Positions 53,122 to 62,566 of a stretch of DNA of 64,000 nucleotides are shown piece by piece. Under the pieces are notes generated by a model. It was not told where the DNA came from, made no database searches, and saw nothing but the letters and a program-made list of their open reading frames with translations. The stretch is from Thermoplasmata archaeon (GTDB lineage Archaea; Thermoplasmatota; Thermoplasmata; UBA10834): assembly GCA_041548485.1 (NCBI GenBank), contig JBFESP010000004.1, forward strand, positions 33,319 to 97,318, read 5' to 3'. Positions within the stretch are counted from its first letter, which is position 1. Every line of letters begins with the position of its first letter. The translations under genes were made by a program, and so were the position numbers.

Positions 53122-54180
53122 ATGAAAACGGAAATCGAACGGGTGGTTGAGGAGTCGTCTAGGAAGCTCTTGCAGACATCGACCCCCCCGATCAAGTATT
53201 GGCTTCTGAGCGACGTTATGCGGAGGGCCCCAGACGACATAGCGTTGCAGCAGACGATGAAGGAATGCGAAACCTACCCTCCTCGTCTCAGACTCCTTAA
53301 GAAACTGCGGGAGGACGGAACCTGGCCGATAACCCGCCAGAGGGAGCTCGCAGAGGAGCGGGGGCCCGGCCCCCCGATAGGATGGACTTACACGACGATG
53401 CTGAGGAACCTGTACACGTTAGGAGATTACGTCACAGGTAAGGAGGAGGGCAACGTCAGGGCGGCCCTGGAACTCATCCTCAGCTGGCAATCCGAGAACG
53501 GCCACATCCCGGGACCCACGACCACCGCGTTTCCGGAACCGCACTACAACGGCTTCGCCCTCAGGAACCTGAACCAGTTCCGCTTGGACAGGGACCCGCG
53601 CACATACAGGCTCGAGCAATGGCTCGTCAGGATGCAGCGTCCCGACGGCGGCTGGAGCATACCGTACATACAGGATGTCCGCTACCTTCCTAGGTACAGG
53701 CACATGCGCATGAAAGACTTCATGGCGCTCATACAGAGCGATGACCGGCCACCGCACGACCCGAAGGAGCACGGACACATTCCGAGCTGTGTCTGGAGCA
53801 CCCTTGCAGTGCTCAGAGGGTTCTGCTGGAGCCCGTCCATGAGATACAGGAAGGAGATGAAGCGAGGAGCCGATTTCGTCCTCGACAGATTCTTCAAGAG
53901 GAACTATCACGCGTCATTCTATCTATCGGAGAAGAACTGGACGACCCTGAAGTACCCAACCTACTTGGGGAGCGGGTTGAGTGCGTTGGAGGTGCTTGCG
54001 TCGATGGGGTACGGATCCGAGGACGCACGCATGGAGGGGGCCGTGGGATGGCTGCTCAAGGCCAAATCCAAGGACGGTTTCTGGTACAGGTCCGACAGGC
54101 CTAGTCCTGACAAGGACCGATGGATAACGCTCTGCGCGCTCGCTATACTGGCGAGGTATGCAGGAAAGTACGGTCATTGA
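53122..54180 (+). CDS. Prenyltransferase/squalene-cyclase repeat (alpha/alpha toroid) protein, function unknown
   Basis: QW-like repeats LREDGTW, SWQSENG, MQRPDGGW, KSKDGFW. Confidence 0.7.
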   Translation: MKTEIERVVEESSRKLLQTSTPPIKYWLLSDVMRRAPDDIALQQTMKECETYPPRLRLLKKLREDGTWPITRQRELAEERGPGPPIGWTYTTMLRNLYTLGDYVTGKEEGNVRAALELILSWQSENGHIPGPTTTAFPEPHYNGFALRNLNQFRLDRDPRTYRLEQWLVRMQRPDGGWSIPYIQDVRYLPRYRHMRMKDFMALIQSDDRPPHDPKEHGHIPSCVWSTLAVLRGFCWSPSMRYRKEMKRGADFVLDRFFKRNYHASFYLSEKNWTTLKYPTYLGSGLSALEVLASMGYGSEDARMEGAVGWLLKAKSKDGFWYRSDRPSPDKDRWITLCALAILARYAGKYGH

Positions 54181-54240
54181 GCGGGGCGGTCGGCGTTCCA
54201 TGATTAACTGTATATATCACAGGTTGTTTGGCTATCAGAG

Positions 54241-55002
54241 ATGTCGACACCAACCGACCAGCCAGATTCGGCCCTCGCGGGCGGGCCGGCGCTCGAGGTT
54301 GTCAACCTCGTAAAGGACTACGGAGGGTTCAGAGCGCTCAAGGGCGTTTCGTTCACAGTCGATGATGGCGAGGTCTTCGGCCTGATCGGTCCGAACGGCG
54401 CGGGCAAGACGACCGCGCTCAGGATCATATCCACGATACTCCGGATAACTTCGGGTCACGTGAGGATGTTCGGGACGGACATAGCTGAGAGACCCCACGA
54501 GGCGAGGAAGATCCTCAGCTACCTTCCGGAGGATGCGGGAGCGTACAAGAACCTCACGGGCAACGAATACCTGGCTTTCATCGCGCGCTTCTTCTCGCAG
54601 AGCCGTGAGGGCGTGAGGAGAATCGTGTCGAGGGGTGTCGAGATAGCGGATCTCGGCGACAGGATGGACGACAAGGTGGATACCTACAGCAAGGGCATGG
54701 CACGGCGTCTTCTCGTCGCACGGGCTCTCATGATAGAGCCGCGCGTGGCAATCCTGGACGAGCTGACATCGGGCCTAGACGTCATCAATGCCCAGGAGAT
54801 TAGGAGGATAGTGAAGGATTCGTCCAGGCGCGGCACGACAGTGCTGTTGTCGTCGCACAATATGCTCGAGGTGGAGCTGATGTGCGACCGGATCGCGCTG
54901 ATCAACGACGGTGAGATAATCGAAGTGGGTACACCTGCCGAGCTCAAGGCGAAGCACAGCGCACAGAACATCGAAGAGGTGTTCATGAAGGTGGTCTCAT
55001 GA
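54241..55002 (+). CDS. ABC transporter ATP-binding protein (NatA-like)
   Basis: GPNGAGKT, YSKGM, ILDELT, SSH. Confidence 0.92.
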   Translation: MSTPTDQPDSALAGGPALEVVNLVKDYGGFRALKGVSFTVDDGEVFGLIGPNGAGKTTALRIISTILRITSGHVRMFGTDIAERPHEARKILSYLPEDAGAYKNLTGNEYLAFIARFFSQSREGVRRIVSRGVEIADLGDRMDDKVDTYSKGMARRLLVARALMIEPRVAILDELTSGLDVINAQEIRRIVKDSSRRGTTVLLSSHNMLEVELMCDRIALINDGEIIEVGTPAELKAKHSAQNIEEVFMKVVS

Positions 55003-56294
55003 ACAGCACCTTGAACATCCTCAGGAAAGAGATGCGCGAGATGATGACGAAGTCGACCATACTCCCGATCGTGGTCATAGCGGTCCTCTTCGGCGCGATG
55101 GGGAGCATGATGGGTGGCATCGAGGAGGAGGCGACGAGCGCTCCAACCGTCGGCATCGTCAACGACGACACCGACGGAGACTTGGCCGCCATCGCTGTCG
55201 ACGTCATCGGGACCCTCTCCGAAACGGTCTACAACGGGATCGATGTGGACGAGGGTGTCGCCACCGTCGACGAAGCTGGAGGAATAGCACTTCTGCATAT
55301 CCCCGCGAACTTCACCGAGCGGATCATGTTCGGGGAACCTGGCGCCATCCAAGTGTACTGGATAATGAAAGGGGCCGGTCTGCTGGACTCCATCTCATCG
55401 GGGGCGGTGAACAGCGTGCTCTGGAACGTGAACAGGGCGATCTCGATGCACCTCATCGATGTGAACGCCTCGATCAACTCGACTCTCGCGCTGAACCCGA
55501 CGACCAGGACGGAGACCACGATATTCGGAGACAAGGTCATGGACGGAATATCCCCTGGAACGCTCGGGTCCGTGCTGTCCACGCAGTCGTTCTTGGTACC
55601 TCTGGTCATGATGATGCTGATAATGGCCGCGGGAGGGACGGTCATCTCCTCGATGGGAATGGAGAAGGAGAACAAGACCCTCGAGACGTTGCTCACCCTC
55701 CCGGTCACCCGCGGGTCGATAGTCACTGGGAAGCTCGTTGCGAGTGCACTGATAGGGCTGGCGATGGCGGCCATATACATGGTCGGCTTCAACTACTACA
55801 TGACTGGGCTCAGTGGCTCAGGGGAGCTCGACTTGGAGAGATACGACCTCGCGTTGACCGCGCTGGATTACCTCCTTGTCGGCATCTCCCTCTTCGTCAC
55901 TCTCATCGCCGCGCTCGCGCTTTGCATGATCCTCGGGACCTTCGCGAAGAACTACAAGTCCGCGCAGACGCTGACGATGCCGATCTCCTTCCTCGCCTTG
56001 GTGCCGATGTTCGTGGTTATCTTCAAGGACTTCAACACGCTCCCTCCCGCAGCACAGGTCGTCCTGTTCGCCCTGCCGTTCTCCCACCCCATGATGGCGA
56101 TGCGATCCCTGATGTTCGACGATTACGCCCTCGTGTTGGGGGGAATCGCGTACTCCACCATATTCGCGATCGTCGCCATCGCCATAACCGTATGGATATT
56201 CAGGACGGACAGGCTGCTCACGGGCCGCATCGGTAGGAAGGCGGAGGGAAGAGGCGGGATCCTTCTCGGTATGATCTCGGGCCGAGGACGGTAG
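54999..56294 (+). CDS. ABC transporter permease (NatB-like)
   Basis: KEMRE start, extracellular loop, EKENKTLETLLTLP, GK; ATGA overlap with the ATPase. Confidence 0.88.
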   Translation: MNSTLNILRKEMREMMTKSTILPIVVIAVLFGAMGSMMGGIEEEATSAPTVGIVNDDTDGDLAAIAVDVIGTLSETVYNGIDVDEGVATVDEAGGIALLHIPANFTERIMFGEPGAIQVYWIMKGAGLLDSISSGAVNSVLWNVNRAISMHLIDVNASINSTLALNPTTRTETTIFGDKVMDGISPGTLGSVLSTQSFLVPLVMMMLIMAAGGTVISSMGMEKENKTLETLLTLPVTRGSIVTGKLVASALIGLAMAAIYMVGFNYYMTGLSGSGELDLERYDLALTALDYLLVGISLFVTLIAALALCMILGTFAKNYKSAQTLTMPISFLALVPMFVVIFKDFNTLPPAAQVVLFALPFSHPMMAMRSLMFDDYALVLGGIAYSTIFAIVAIAITVWIFRTDRLLTGRIGRKAEGRGGILLGMISGRGR

Positions 56295-56464
56295 GTCCGT
56301 CATTCACGTAGACGGCATCGGTGATCGACGATTGCGGGGCCAGATGCCGCCGGGTTCGAGTGGGGTCCGGAACGATCGTCTAGTAAACGGTTCTGGAGTT
56401 CGGCAGATACAGATGCCAGACAGCCCAGAGTTGTTCAGTGGAAATGCACCTTCTCCGGGAAATC

Positions 56465-56487
56465 TATTTAAATACCCATTTAAATAC
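56465..56487 (+). promoter_or_regulatory. Duplicated TATA box upstream of tbp
   Basis: ATTTAAATAC at 56466-56475 and 56478-56487. Confidence 0.55.
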
Positions 56488-56509
56488 TGTCGGGGCCGGT
56501 GGAGATTCT

Positions 56510-57058
56510 ATGGCAGTGATGAAGATAGAGAACGTTGTCGCCTCAACGTCTCTCGGGGCGGAGTTGGACCTTCAGGCGATCGCACTCGCGCTAGACGGCG
56601 CGGAATATGAGCCGGAGCAGTTTCCGGGGTTGATATACAGGCTCAAGGAGCCGAAGACAGCGACGCTGCTTTTCAGGAGCGGAAAGGTCGTTTGCACGGG
56701 TGCCAAGAGCCTCGAGCAGGTGAAGATCGCGATCGGCAAAGTGGCCAAGCAGATCGAAGCTGCAGGCATAGTGGTCGAGGGCGAGCCGGAGATCGTGGTG
56801 CAGAACATCGTCGCGTCGAGCGACCTCGGTGCGAAGATCAACCTGAACGCGATAGCCATAAGCCTCGGCCTCGACAAGGTCGAGTACGAACCGGAGCAGT
56901 TCCCTGGTCTCGTTTACAGGATCGACTCGCCCAAGGTCGTAGTCCTCCTCTTTGGAAGCGGCAAGCTGGTATGTACTGGCGCCCGAAAGCCAGAGGATGT
57001 CGGAGCAGCGGTCGACAAGATCACGGAGGACCTGAAGGCTGCCGGACTTCTGCGATAG
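56510..57058 (+). CDS. tbp: TATA-box binding protein
   Basis: Two repeats IENVVAS/VQNIVAS...EYEPEQFPGL...LF.SGK.VCTGA; start ATG 56510. Confidence 0.98.
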   Translation: MAVMKIENVVASTSLGAELDLQAIALALDGAEYEPEQFPGLIYRLKEPKTATLLFRSGKVVCTGAKSLEQVKIAIGKVAKQIEAAGIVVEGEPEIVVQNIVASSDLGAKINLNAIAISLGLDKVEYEPEQFPGLVYRIDSPKVVVLLFGSGKLVCTGARKPEDVGAAVDKITEDLKAAGLLR

Positions 57059-57069
57059 AGAGATGATAT

Positions 57070-57912
57070 ATGCCAGTGCCGATTCTGGACAACCACGTAC
57101 ACCTGGAGCCGCGCAAGGGTCGGAACGTCGACGCAGTCAGGGATTTCGAGCGGCAGGGTGGGACCCACCTCGTAGTGTCACACAAGCCTTACAGCGAGGT
57201 GCGCGTCAGCTCCGCGGAGGATTTCCGGGAGAGTTTTGACGTGACCGTTTCGATGGTCGACCGTATCAACTCCGAGACAGGGGTGAGGGCATACGCGACC
57301 GTCGGCCCGTATCCCGTGGAGCTCTTAGGCTTCCAGAGGAGGCTCGGCCTGGAGAGGGCCAGAGACCTCATGATAGCGGGCATGGACATCGCTGCAGAGT
57401 ATGTGGGCGATGGGAGAGCGCTCGCGATAGGCGAGGTAGGCAGACCGCACTTCGATGTCCCGGACGACATCTGGAAGATTTCGAACGAGATACTCCTGCA
57501 CGGAATGACCCTGGCGCGTGAGACCGACTGTGCTATCGTCCTCCACACCGAGAGCGGGACTGTGGAGACGATGCGCGAACTCGCTGAGATGGCGGACGCA
57601 GCCGGCCTTAGAAGGGACAGAGTGGTCAAGCATTACTCTCCCCCGGCCGTCCTGCCGGAGGAGAACTCAGGTCTCATGCCCTCTGTGCTCGCTGGGAAGG
57701 ATGCAGTCAAGGAGGCAATCGCCAAGGGGACGAGGTTCCTGATGGAAACCGACTTTCTGGACGATCCGGCCCGTCCGGGCGCGGTGATGGCGATAGCGAC
57801 TGTCCCCAAGAGGACGATGGATCTCATGGAGAAGGGGCTCATGACGGAGGACCAGGCCCGTGTGATCCACTCGGTGAATCCCGGAAGGACCTACGGTCCA
57901 GCCTTCGAATGA
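57070..57912 (+). CDS. TatD-related metal-dependent hydrolase (archaeal)
   Basis: DNHVH, IGEVGRPH, LHTE, KHY, METDFLDD. Confidence 0.85.
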   Translation: MPVPILDNHVHLEPRKGRNVDAVRDFERQGGTHLVVSHKPYSEVRVSSAEDFRESFDVTVSMVDRINSETGVRAYATVGPYPVELLGFQRRLGLERARDLMIAGMDIAAEYVGDGRALAIGEVGRPHFDVPDDIWKISNEILLHGMTLARETDCAIVLHTESGTVETMRELAEMADAAGLRRDRVVKHYSPPAVLPEENSGLMPSVLAGKDAVKEAIAKGTRFLMETDFLDDPARPGAVMAIATVPKRTMDLMEKGLMTEDQARVIHSVNPGRTYGPAFE

Positions 57913-58005
57913 AGACACCAGCTCGAGACACAGCGACACCAGCAAGGGCGTCGTCTCCGGATCATCGGACGACGAGGGGTTTCGTGGTCGTGAAGTGAAG
58001 GACGA

Positions 58006-58293
58006 TCACCAGACGATTTCGAATCCAGAGAACTCCCCTGTGGGGTCGGAGGTCTCGATCTCTTTCGAAGTCACCCTGGCGTACGGCTGCTCGTGCTCAC
58101 ACCAGTCGATTGCCCTCAGCACCTTGCTCTCCTCTCCCTCGAACACCACCTCCACCCTTCCATCGGAGGTGTTCCTCGCCCAGCCAACCAGACCGAGTGA
58201 TTCGGCGCATTTCTGGGCGTTAGCTCTGAAGAACACACCCTGCACCTTCCCACCGAAGAACACGTGTGCGCGGACTCTCACGTCGGAAATCAT
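58006..58293 (-). CDS. acyP: Acylphosphatase
   Basis: GKVQGVFFR, GWARN..DGRVE; start ATG 58293. Confidence 0.93.
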   Translation of the reverse strand: MISDVRVRAHVFFGGKVQGVFFRANAQKCAESLGLVGWARNTSDGRVEVVFEGEESKVLRAIDWCEHEQPYARVTSKEIETSDPTGEFSGFEIVW

Positions 58294-58478
58294 GGCGTTG
58301 AGAGATGAAAAAACTGTTGAACGCACCACCGCCGGGGCCGATGCTGGTGAGACCGCGCTCGGAACAAGATATTTATACTCACAGATTGATATATAAAATG
58401 CGCGCGGCGCGCGCGAGGGATGCACTTAAACGGAGCGAAGTGCATCATCTCCAACGCCTCAGGGATGGTGGCTGTATC

Positions 58479-59600
58479 ATGATGAGATCGCTTGTCGAAG
58501 ATGCGCTGGCACGGGAGTCTACGATGGATGCTAGCAGCGGACCAGAGACCGCTGCGTTCCAGGACCAGAGAGTCGATCAGGAACTCGAACAGATTCTCCG
58601 CGGCCTGAAAACGAACATAAAGATAATCGGAGTAGGAGGAGCGGGAACGAACACGATTTCCCGTGTCCACGACGAGGGCATAATCGGAGCTGAAGTGTTC
58701 GCGGCGAACACCGACGCGCAGCACCTCCTCGTACTGAGGGTACCGCACAAGATACTCCTTGGAAGGAGGGTCACCAGAGGACTCGGCGCAGGCTCGCTCC
58801 CGCAGATAGGGGAAGAGGCCGCGAGAGAGGCTGAGGACGACCTGAAGAAGATCCTCGCTGACACCCACATCTGTTTCGTCACGTGCGGGCTTGGAGGCGG
58901 CACTGGCACGGGTGGAGCGCCCGTCGTCGCCCGCATGGCGAAAGAAATGGGCGCGCTCACGATCTCGATTGCCACACTGCCCTTCGGAGGCGAGGGGCGC
59001 ATGAGGATGGAGAACGCCGAGTGGGGCCTCGAGAGACTCAGAGATGCCTCCGACACAGTCATAGTCATCCCGAACGACAAGCTCCTAGACCTCGTACCGA
59101 GGCTGTCACTCAACGCAGCGTTCAAGGTCACGGACGAGGTGCTCATGAGGTCGATCAAGGGGCTGACGGAGGTCATCACCAGGCCGGGACTGGTCAACCT
59201 CGACTTCAACGACGTGAAGACCATCATGAAGGGCGCGGGCGTCGCGATGATGGGGTTGGGCGAATCGGACGCACCCGGAGACGAGAGAATCACGGAGGCC
59301 ATCGACCAGGCGATCAACTCACCACTGCTCGAGGTGGACATAAGCGAGGCGAACGGTGTGCTCGTGAATGTCATCGGCGGGACCGATATGACCATCTCTG
59401 AGGCAGAGAGGGCCGCCGAGGAGATCCAGACACGCGTGGGCCAGAACGCCAGAATCATATGGGGCGCTGCGGTCGACCCTGCACTCGACAAGACCGTCAA
59501 AATCATGCTCGTCGCGACGGGCGTGAAGTCGAAGCAGATACTCGGGAAGCAGGGAGAACGGCGGCTCAAGGGCATCGGCGAGGTCGAACTGGTGCGCTGA
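58479..59600 (+). CDS. ftsZ: Cell division protein FtsZ (FtsZ1-like, copy A)
   Basis: GVGGAG, NTDAQHL, GLGGGTGTG, GLVNLDFND, ARIIWGA; start ATG 58479/58482. Confidence 0.95.
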   Translation: MMRSLVEDALARESTMDASSGPETAAFQDQRVDQELEQILRGLKTNIKIIGVGGAGTNTISRVHDEGIIGAEVFAANTDAQHLLVLRVPHKILLGRRVTRGLGAGSLPQIGEEAAREAEDDLKKILADTHICFVTCGLGGGTGTGGAPVVARMAKEMGALTISIATLPFGGEGRMRMENAEWGLERLRDASDTVIVIPNDKLLDLVPRLSLNAAFKVTDEVLMRSIKGLTEVITRPGLVNLDFNDVKTIMKGAGVAMMGLGESDAPGDERITEAIDQAINSPLLEVDISEANGVLVNVIGGTDMTISEAERAAEEIQTRVGQNARIIWGAAVDPALDKTVKIMLVATGVKSKQILGKQGERRLKGIGEVELVR

Positions 59601-59728
59601 GAATCGTCGTCCACCGTGCCGAAACTTTTAAGAGACCCAAGAAGCTACGGTCAAAAAGCCGGCGGGCCCGACCCGCAACTGGCATATTATCATCTAGTTA
59701 GATGGTTAATCCACCTTGGAGGTCTTAC

Positions 59729-60835
59729 ATGAAATCGCTCATCGACAGTGCCCTTGCGAACGTGGAGGAGGAGCACACGAAGAGTTCTCCGGACGCCATT
59801 CGAGCATTCACAGCGGAAGACGAGGAGCTGCAGAAGATACTGCACGACCTCAGAACGAACATAAAGATCATAGGATGCGGAGGCGGTGGATGCAACACCA
59901 TCAATCGCCTGGCGGAGGCGGGCATAGTCGGGGCCGAGCTCTACGCGGCTAACACGGACGCGCAGCACCTGCTCATGACGCGGTCGCCTCACAAGATACT
60001 CCTGGGCAAGAGGGTCACCAAAGGCCTCGGCGCTGGTGCGCTCCCACAGGTGGGTGAAGAGGCTGCCAGAGAGGCGGAGGAGGAACTCAAGATCGCCCTG
60101 AAGGATGCCGATGTCGTCTTCGTGACTTGCGGCCTCGGAGGAGGGACCGGGACCGGCTCTGCACCACTAATCGCCCAGATAGCGAAGGAGCAGGGGGCAC
60201 TCGCGATATGCATGTGCACGTACCCGTTCAGGGCGGAGGGAGTGATCAGAGCGGAGAACGCCGACTGGGGACTGGACCGCCTGAGGAACGTGGCCGATAC
60301 CGTTATAGTGATACCCAACGACAAGCTGATAGACCTCGTTCCGAAGCTGTCCCTGAACGCCGCTTTCAAGGTGGCGGATGAGGTGCTCATGAGAGCGATC
60401 AAGGGCATCACCGAGATCGTGACGAAGCCCGGGCTGGTGAACCTGGACTTCAACGACATAAAGACCGTCATGAAGGCGGGCGGCGTCGCGATGATAGGGC
60501 TGGGTGAAGCTGACGACGACGACAGGGCCGTGACGGCCGTGACCGAGGCCATCAACTCACCACTGATCGATCTCGACATAAGCGAGGCGACCGCAGCGCT
60601 CGTGAACGTCACGGGCGGCTCCGGCATGACGGTCAAGGAGGCGGAGGAGGTCGCGCAGATCATTCAGTCCAAGATCAATGCCAACGCGAGGATAATCTGG
60701 GGCGCCGCGGTCGACGAGACGCTCGATGAGACCATGCGCGTGATGGTCGTCATAACCGGTGTCAAGTCCAAGCACATATTCGGCCCGCCAAAGGGAAAGA
60801 AGGGTCAGGAGCTGGGACTAGACTTTATTAAGTAG
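59729..60835 (+). CDS. ftsZ: Cell division protein FtsZ (FtsZ1-like, copy B)
   Basis: Same motifs, C-terminal LGLDFIK; precedes secE-spt5-rpl11; GGAGG SD before ATG 59729. Confidence 0.96.
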   Translation: MKSLIDSALANVEEEHTKSSPDAIRAFTAEDEELQKILHDLRTNIKIIGCGGGGCNTINRLAEAGIVGAELYAANTDAQHLLMTRSPHKILLGKRVTKGLGAGALPQVGEEAAREAEEELKIALKDADVVFVTCGLGGGTGTGSAPLIAQIAKEQGALAICMCTYPFRAEGVIRAENADWGLDRLRNVADTVIVIPNDKLIDLVPKLSLNAAFKVADEVLMRAIKGITEIVTKPGLVNLDFNDIKTVMKAGGVAMIGLGEADDDDRAVTAVTEAINSPLIDLDISEATAALVNVTGGSGMTVKEAEEVAQIIQSKINANARIIWGAAVDETLDETMRVMVVITGVKSKHIFGPPKGKKGQELGLDFIK

Positions 60836-60859
60836 TTACTGTACTAGGAAAGGACCGCG

Positions 60860-61099
60860 ATGAGTGACATAGTCGAGAGATCCTGGGACCTCCAGAGGAA
60901 GATCGAGGAGAAGACGAGGCACATCGGCAAGGGGAAGTACGGCCGTGTGCTCAAGATGGCACGGAAGCCATCCGGCGAGGAGTACGTCAGGATAAGCCAG
61001 ATAGTGGCGATAGGGCTCATGCTCATGGGCGGCCTGGGGTTCCTGATCTACTGGATCTTCGAGTACGGATCGGACATGGTAGCGAGGGCGTTCGGATAG
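60860..61099 (+). CDS. secE: Protein translocase SecE/Sec61 gamma
   Basis: [16 protein letters not shown] plus a single TM segment. Confidence 0.93.
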   Translation: MSDIVERSWDLQRKIEEKTRHIGKGKYGRVLKMARKPSGEEYVRISQIVAIGLMLMGGLGFLIYWIFEYGSDMVARAFG

Positions 61100-61135
61100 G
61101 CGGCCATCGTGACGGTCGCGACACATTCATGAGGG

Positions 61136-62056
61136 ATGATTTTGGGAATCTTTGACGACGCTGAGCCGACGAAGAAGGAGCCGGAGAAGGCGCTCCCGCC
61201 GCAGCCTGTCGACAAATCCTTGAGGCTGGTGGTCCAGGGGGAGACGAAGCGGAGCATGGCCTCTGGGGACAGCTCGGACTTCGAGATGACCCTGAAGATA
61301 CCAGATGACGGGCAGAGTCACTCGGTAGTCGTCAAGGTCGATACCGTCTTCGCGGCGACCGAGGAGGGGTCCCCCGAGTGGTTCGTGAAGCTCCATGACC
61401 CGCTCGGGGTGGTCTGGGAGAACTCGCCGACCGCCGAGGTCGAGGAGGCCCGCGAGTTCGACATAATGCCAGGCAACGAGAAGACTTTCACGCTCAATGT
61501 GACGTCGCCGACCGGTGCTCGGTACGGCGACAAGATAACGGTCCTGGTCAACGTCAGCCTCAGAGACGACCCGAGCGTCTCGGATGTTGCCACGCTCCAG
61601 GCGTCGGCGAGACAGTCCGTCCTTGCAGTGAAGACTTCCATCGGGCATGAGAAGACTGTGACAGACTCCCTGGCCAGCAGGGCGAAGGGCAAGCCGATAG
61701 GCGTGTTCGCCATACTGTCACCGGCGACCATACGCGGGTACGTCTTCGTCGAGGCCATGAACACGGACGCCCTCCGAGAGGCGGTCAAGGGCGTCCGAAG
61801 GACGCGCGGGCTCGTGAAGGGCGAGACCAGCCTCGATGAGATCGGGCACTTCCTGACGCCGAAACCCATCGTCTCAGGCATCGTCGAGGGGGACATCGTC
61901 GAACTCATCGCCGGTCCGTTCAAGGGAGAGAAAGCCAGGGTGCAGCAGATAGACGAGGCGAAGGAGGAGATCACCGTCGAGCTGTTCGAGGCGATGGTCC
62001 CGATACCGGTCACGATCCGCGGAGATCATGTACGAGTGCTCGAGAAGGAGAAGTGA
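61136..62056 (+). CDS. spt5: Transcription elongation factor Spt5/NusG with extra N-terminal domain
   Basis: C-terminal half has NGN (AVKTSIGHE, RGYVFVEA) and KOW (GDIVELIAGPFKGEKA); about 155-aa acidic beta-rich N-terminal extension. Confidence 0.93.
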   Translation: MILGIFDDAEPTKKEPEKALPPQPVDKSLRLVVQGETKRSMASGDSSDFEMTLKIPDDGQSHSVVVKVDTVFAATEEGSPEWFVKLHDPLGVVWENSPTAEVEEAREFDIMPGNEKTFTLNVTSPTGARYGDKITVLVNVSLRDDPSVSDVATLQASARQSVLAVKTSIGHEKTVTDSLASRAKGKPIGVFAILSPATIRGYVFVEAMNTDALREAVKGVRRTRGLVKGETSLDEIGHFLTPKPIVSGIVEGDIVELIAGPFKGEKARVQQIDEAKEEITVELFEAMVPIPVTIRGDHVRVLEKEK

Positions 62057-62535
62057 ATGAGATGGTAGACAAGCTTGAGGTTCTTGTGGACGGGGGCAAG
62101 GCGACCCCAGGTCCGCCGCTCGGGCCTGCGCTGGGCCCGCTCGGTGTCAATGTGATCCAGGTAGTCGGCGCGATAAACGAGAAGACCAAGGCGTTCGTTG
62201 GCATGAAGGTGCCTGTCACGCTGATGATCGACCCGAAGACCAAGGAGTTCGAGATCAAGGTAGGCACGCCACCCACGACCGCGCTCATAATGAAGGAGCT
62301 GGGCCTCGAGAAGGGCAGCGGGAAGCCGAACTCGGACTTCGTTGGCAACCTGACCGTTAAGCAGGTCACCAGGATCGCAGACATGAAGAAGGATTCGATG
62401 CTCGCAAAGGACAAGAAGGGCAGGTTCAGGGAGGTCGTCGGGACATGCGTGTCCATGGGCGTGACCGTCGACAGCAAGGACCCGCGCAAGGTCATAGCCG
62501 ATATCGACGCAGGCGAGTATCAAGGGCTGTTCTGA
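62053..62535 (+). CDS. rpl11: 50S ribosomal protein L11
   Basis: GGKATPGPPLGPALGP, GTPPT, GTCVSMG. Confidence 0.97.
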   Translation: MNEMVDKLEVLVDGGKATPGPPLGPALGPLGVNVIQVVGAINEKTKAFVGMKVPVTLMIDPKTKEFEIKVGTPPTTALIMKELGLEKGSGKPNSDFVGNLTVKQVTRIADMKKDSMLAKDKKGRFREVVGTCVSMGVTVDSKDPRKVIADIDAGEYQGLF

Positions 62536-62566
62536 GAGCGGGAACGGGCACTCTCGTGCTGCCGTT

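Noticed and set aside
56430-56450. ORB-like sequence GTTCAGTGGAAAT suggesting a replication origin
   Set aside because: Single imperfect match, no G-string, no repeats and no orc1/cdc6 nearby.
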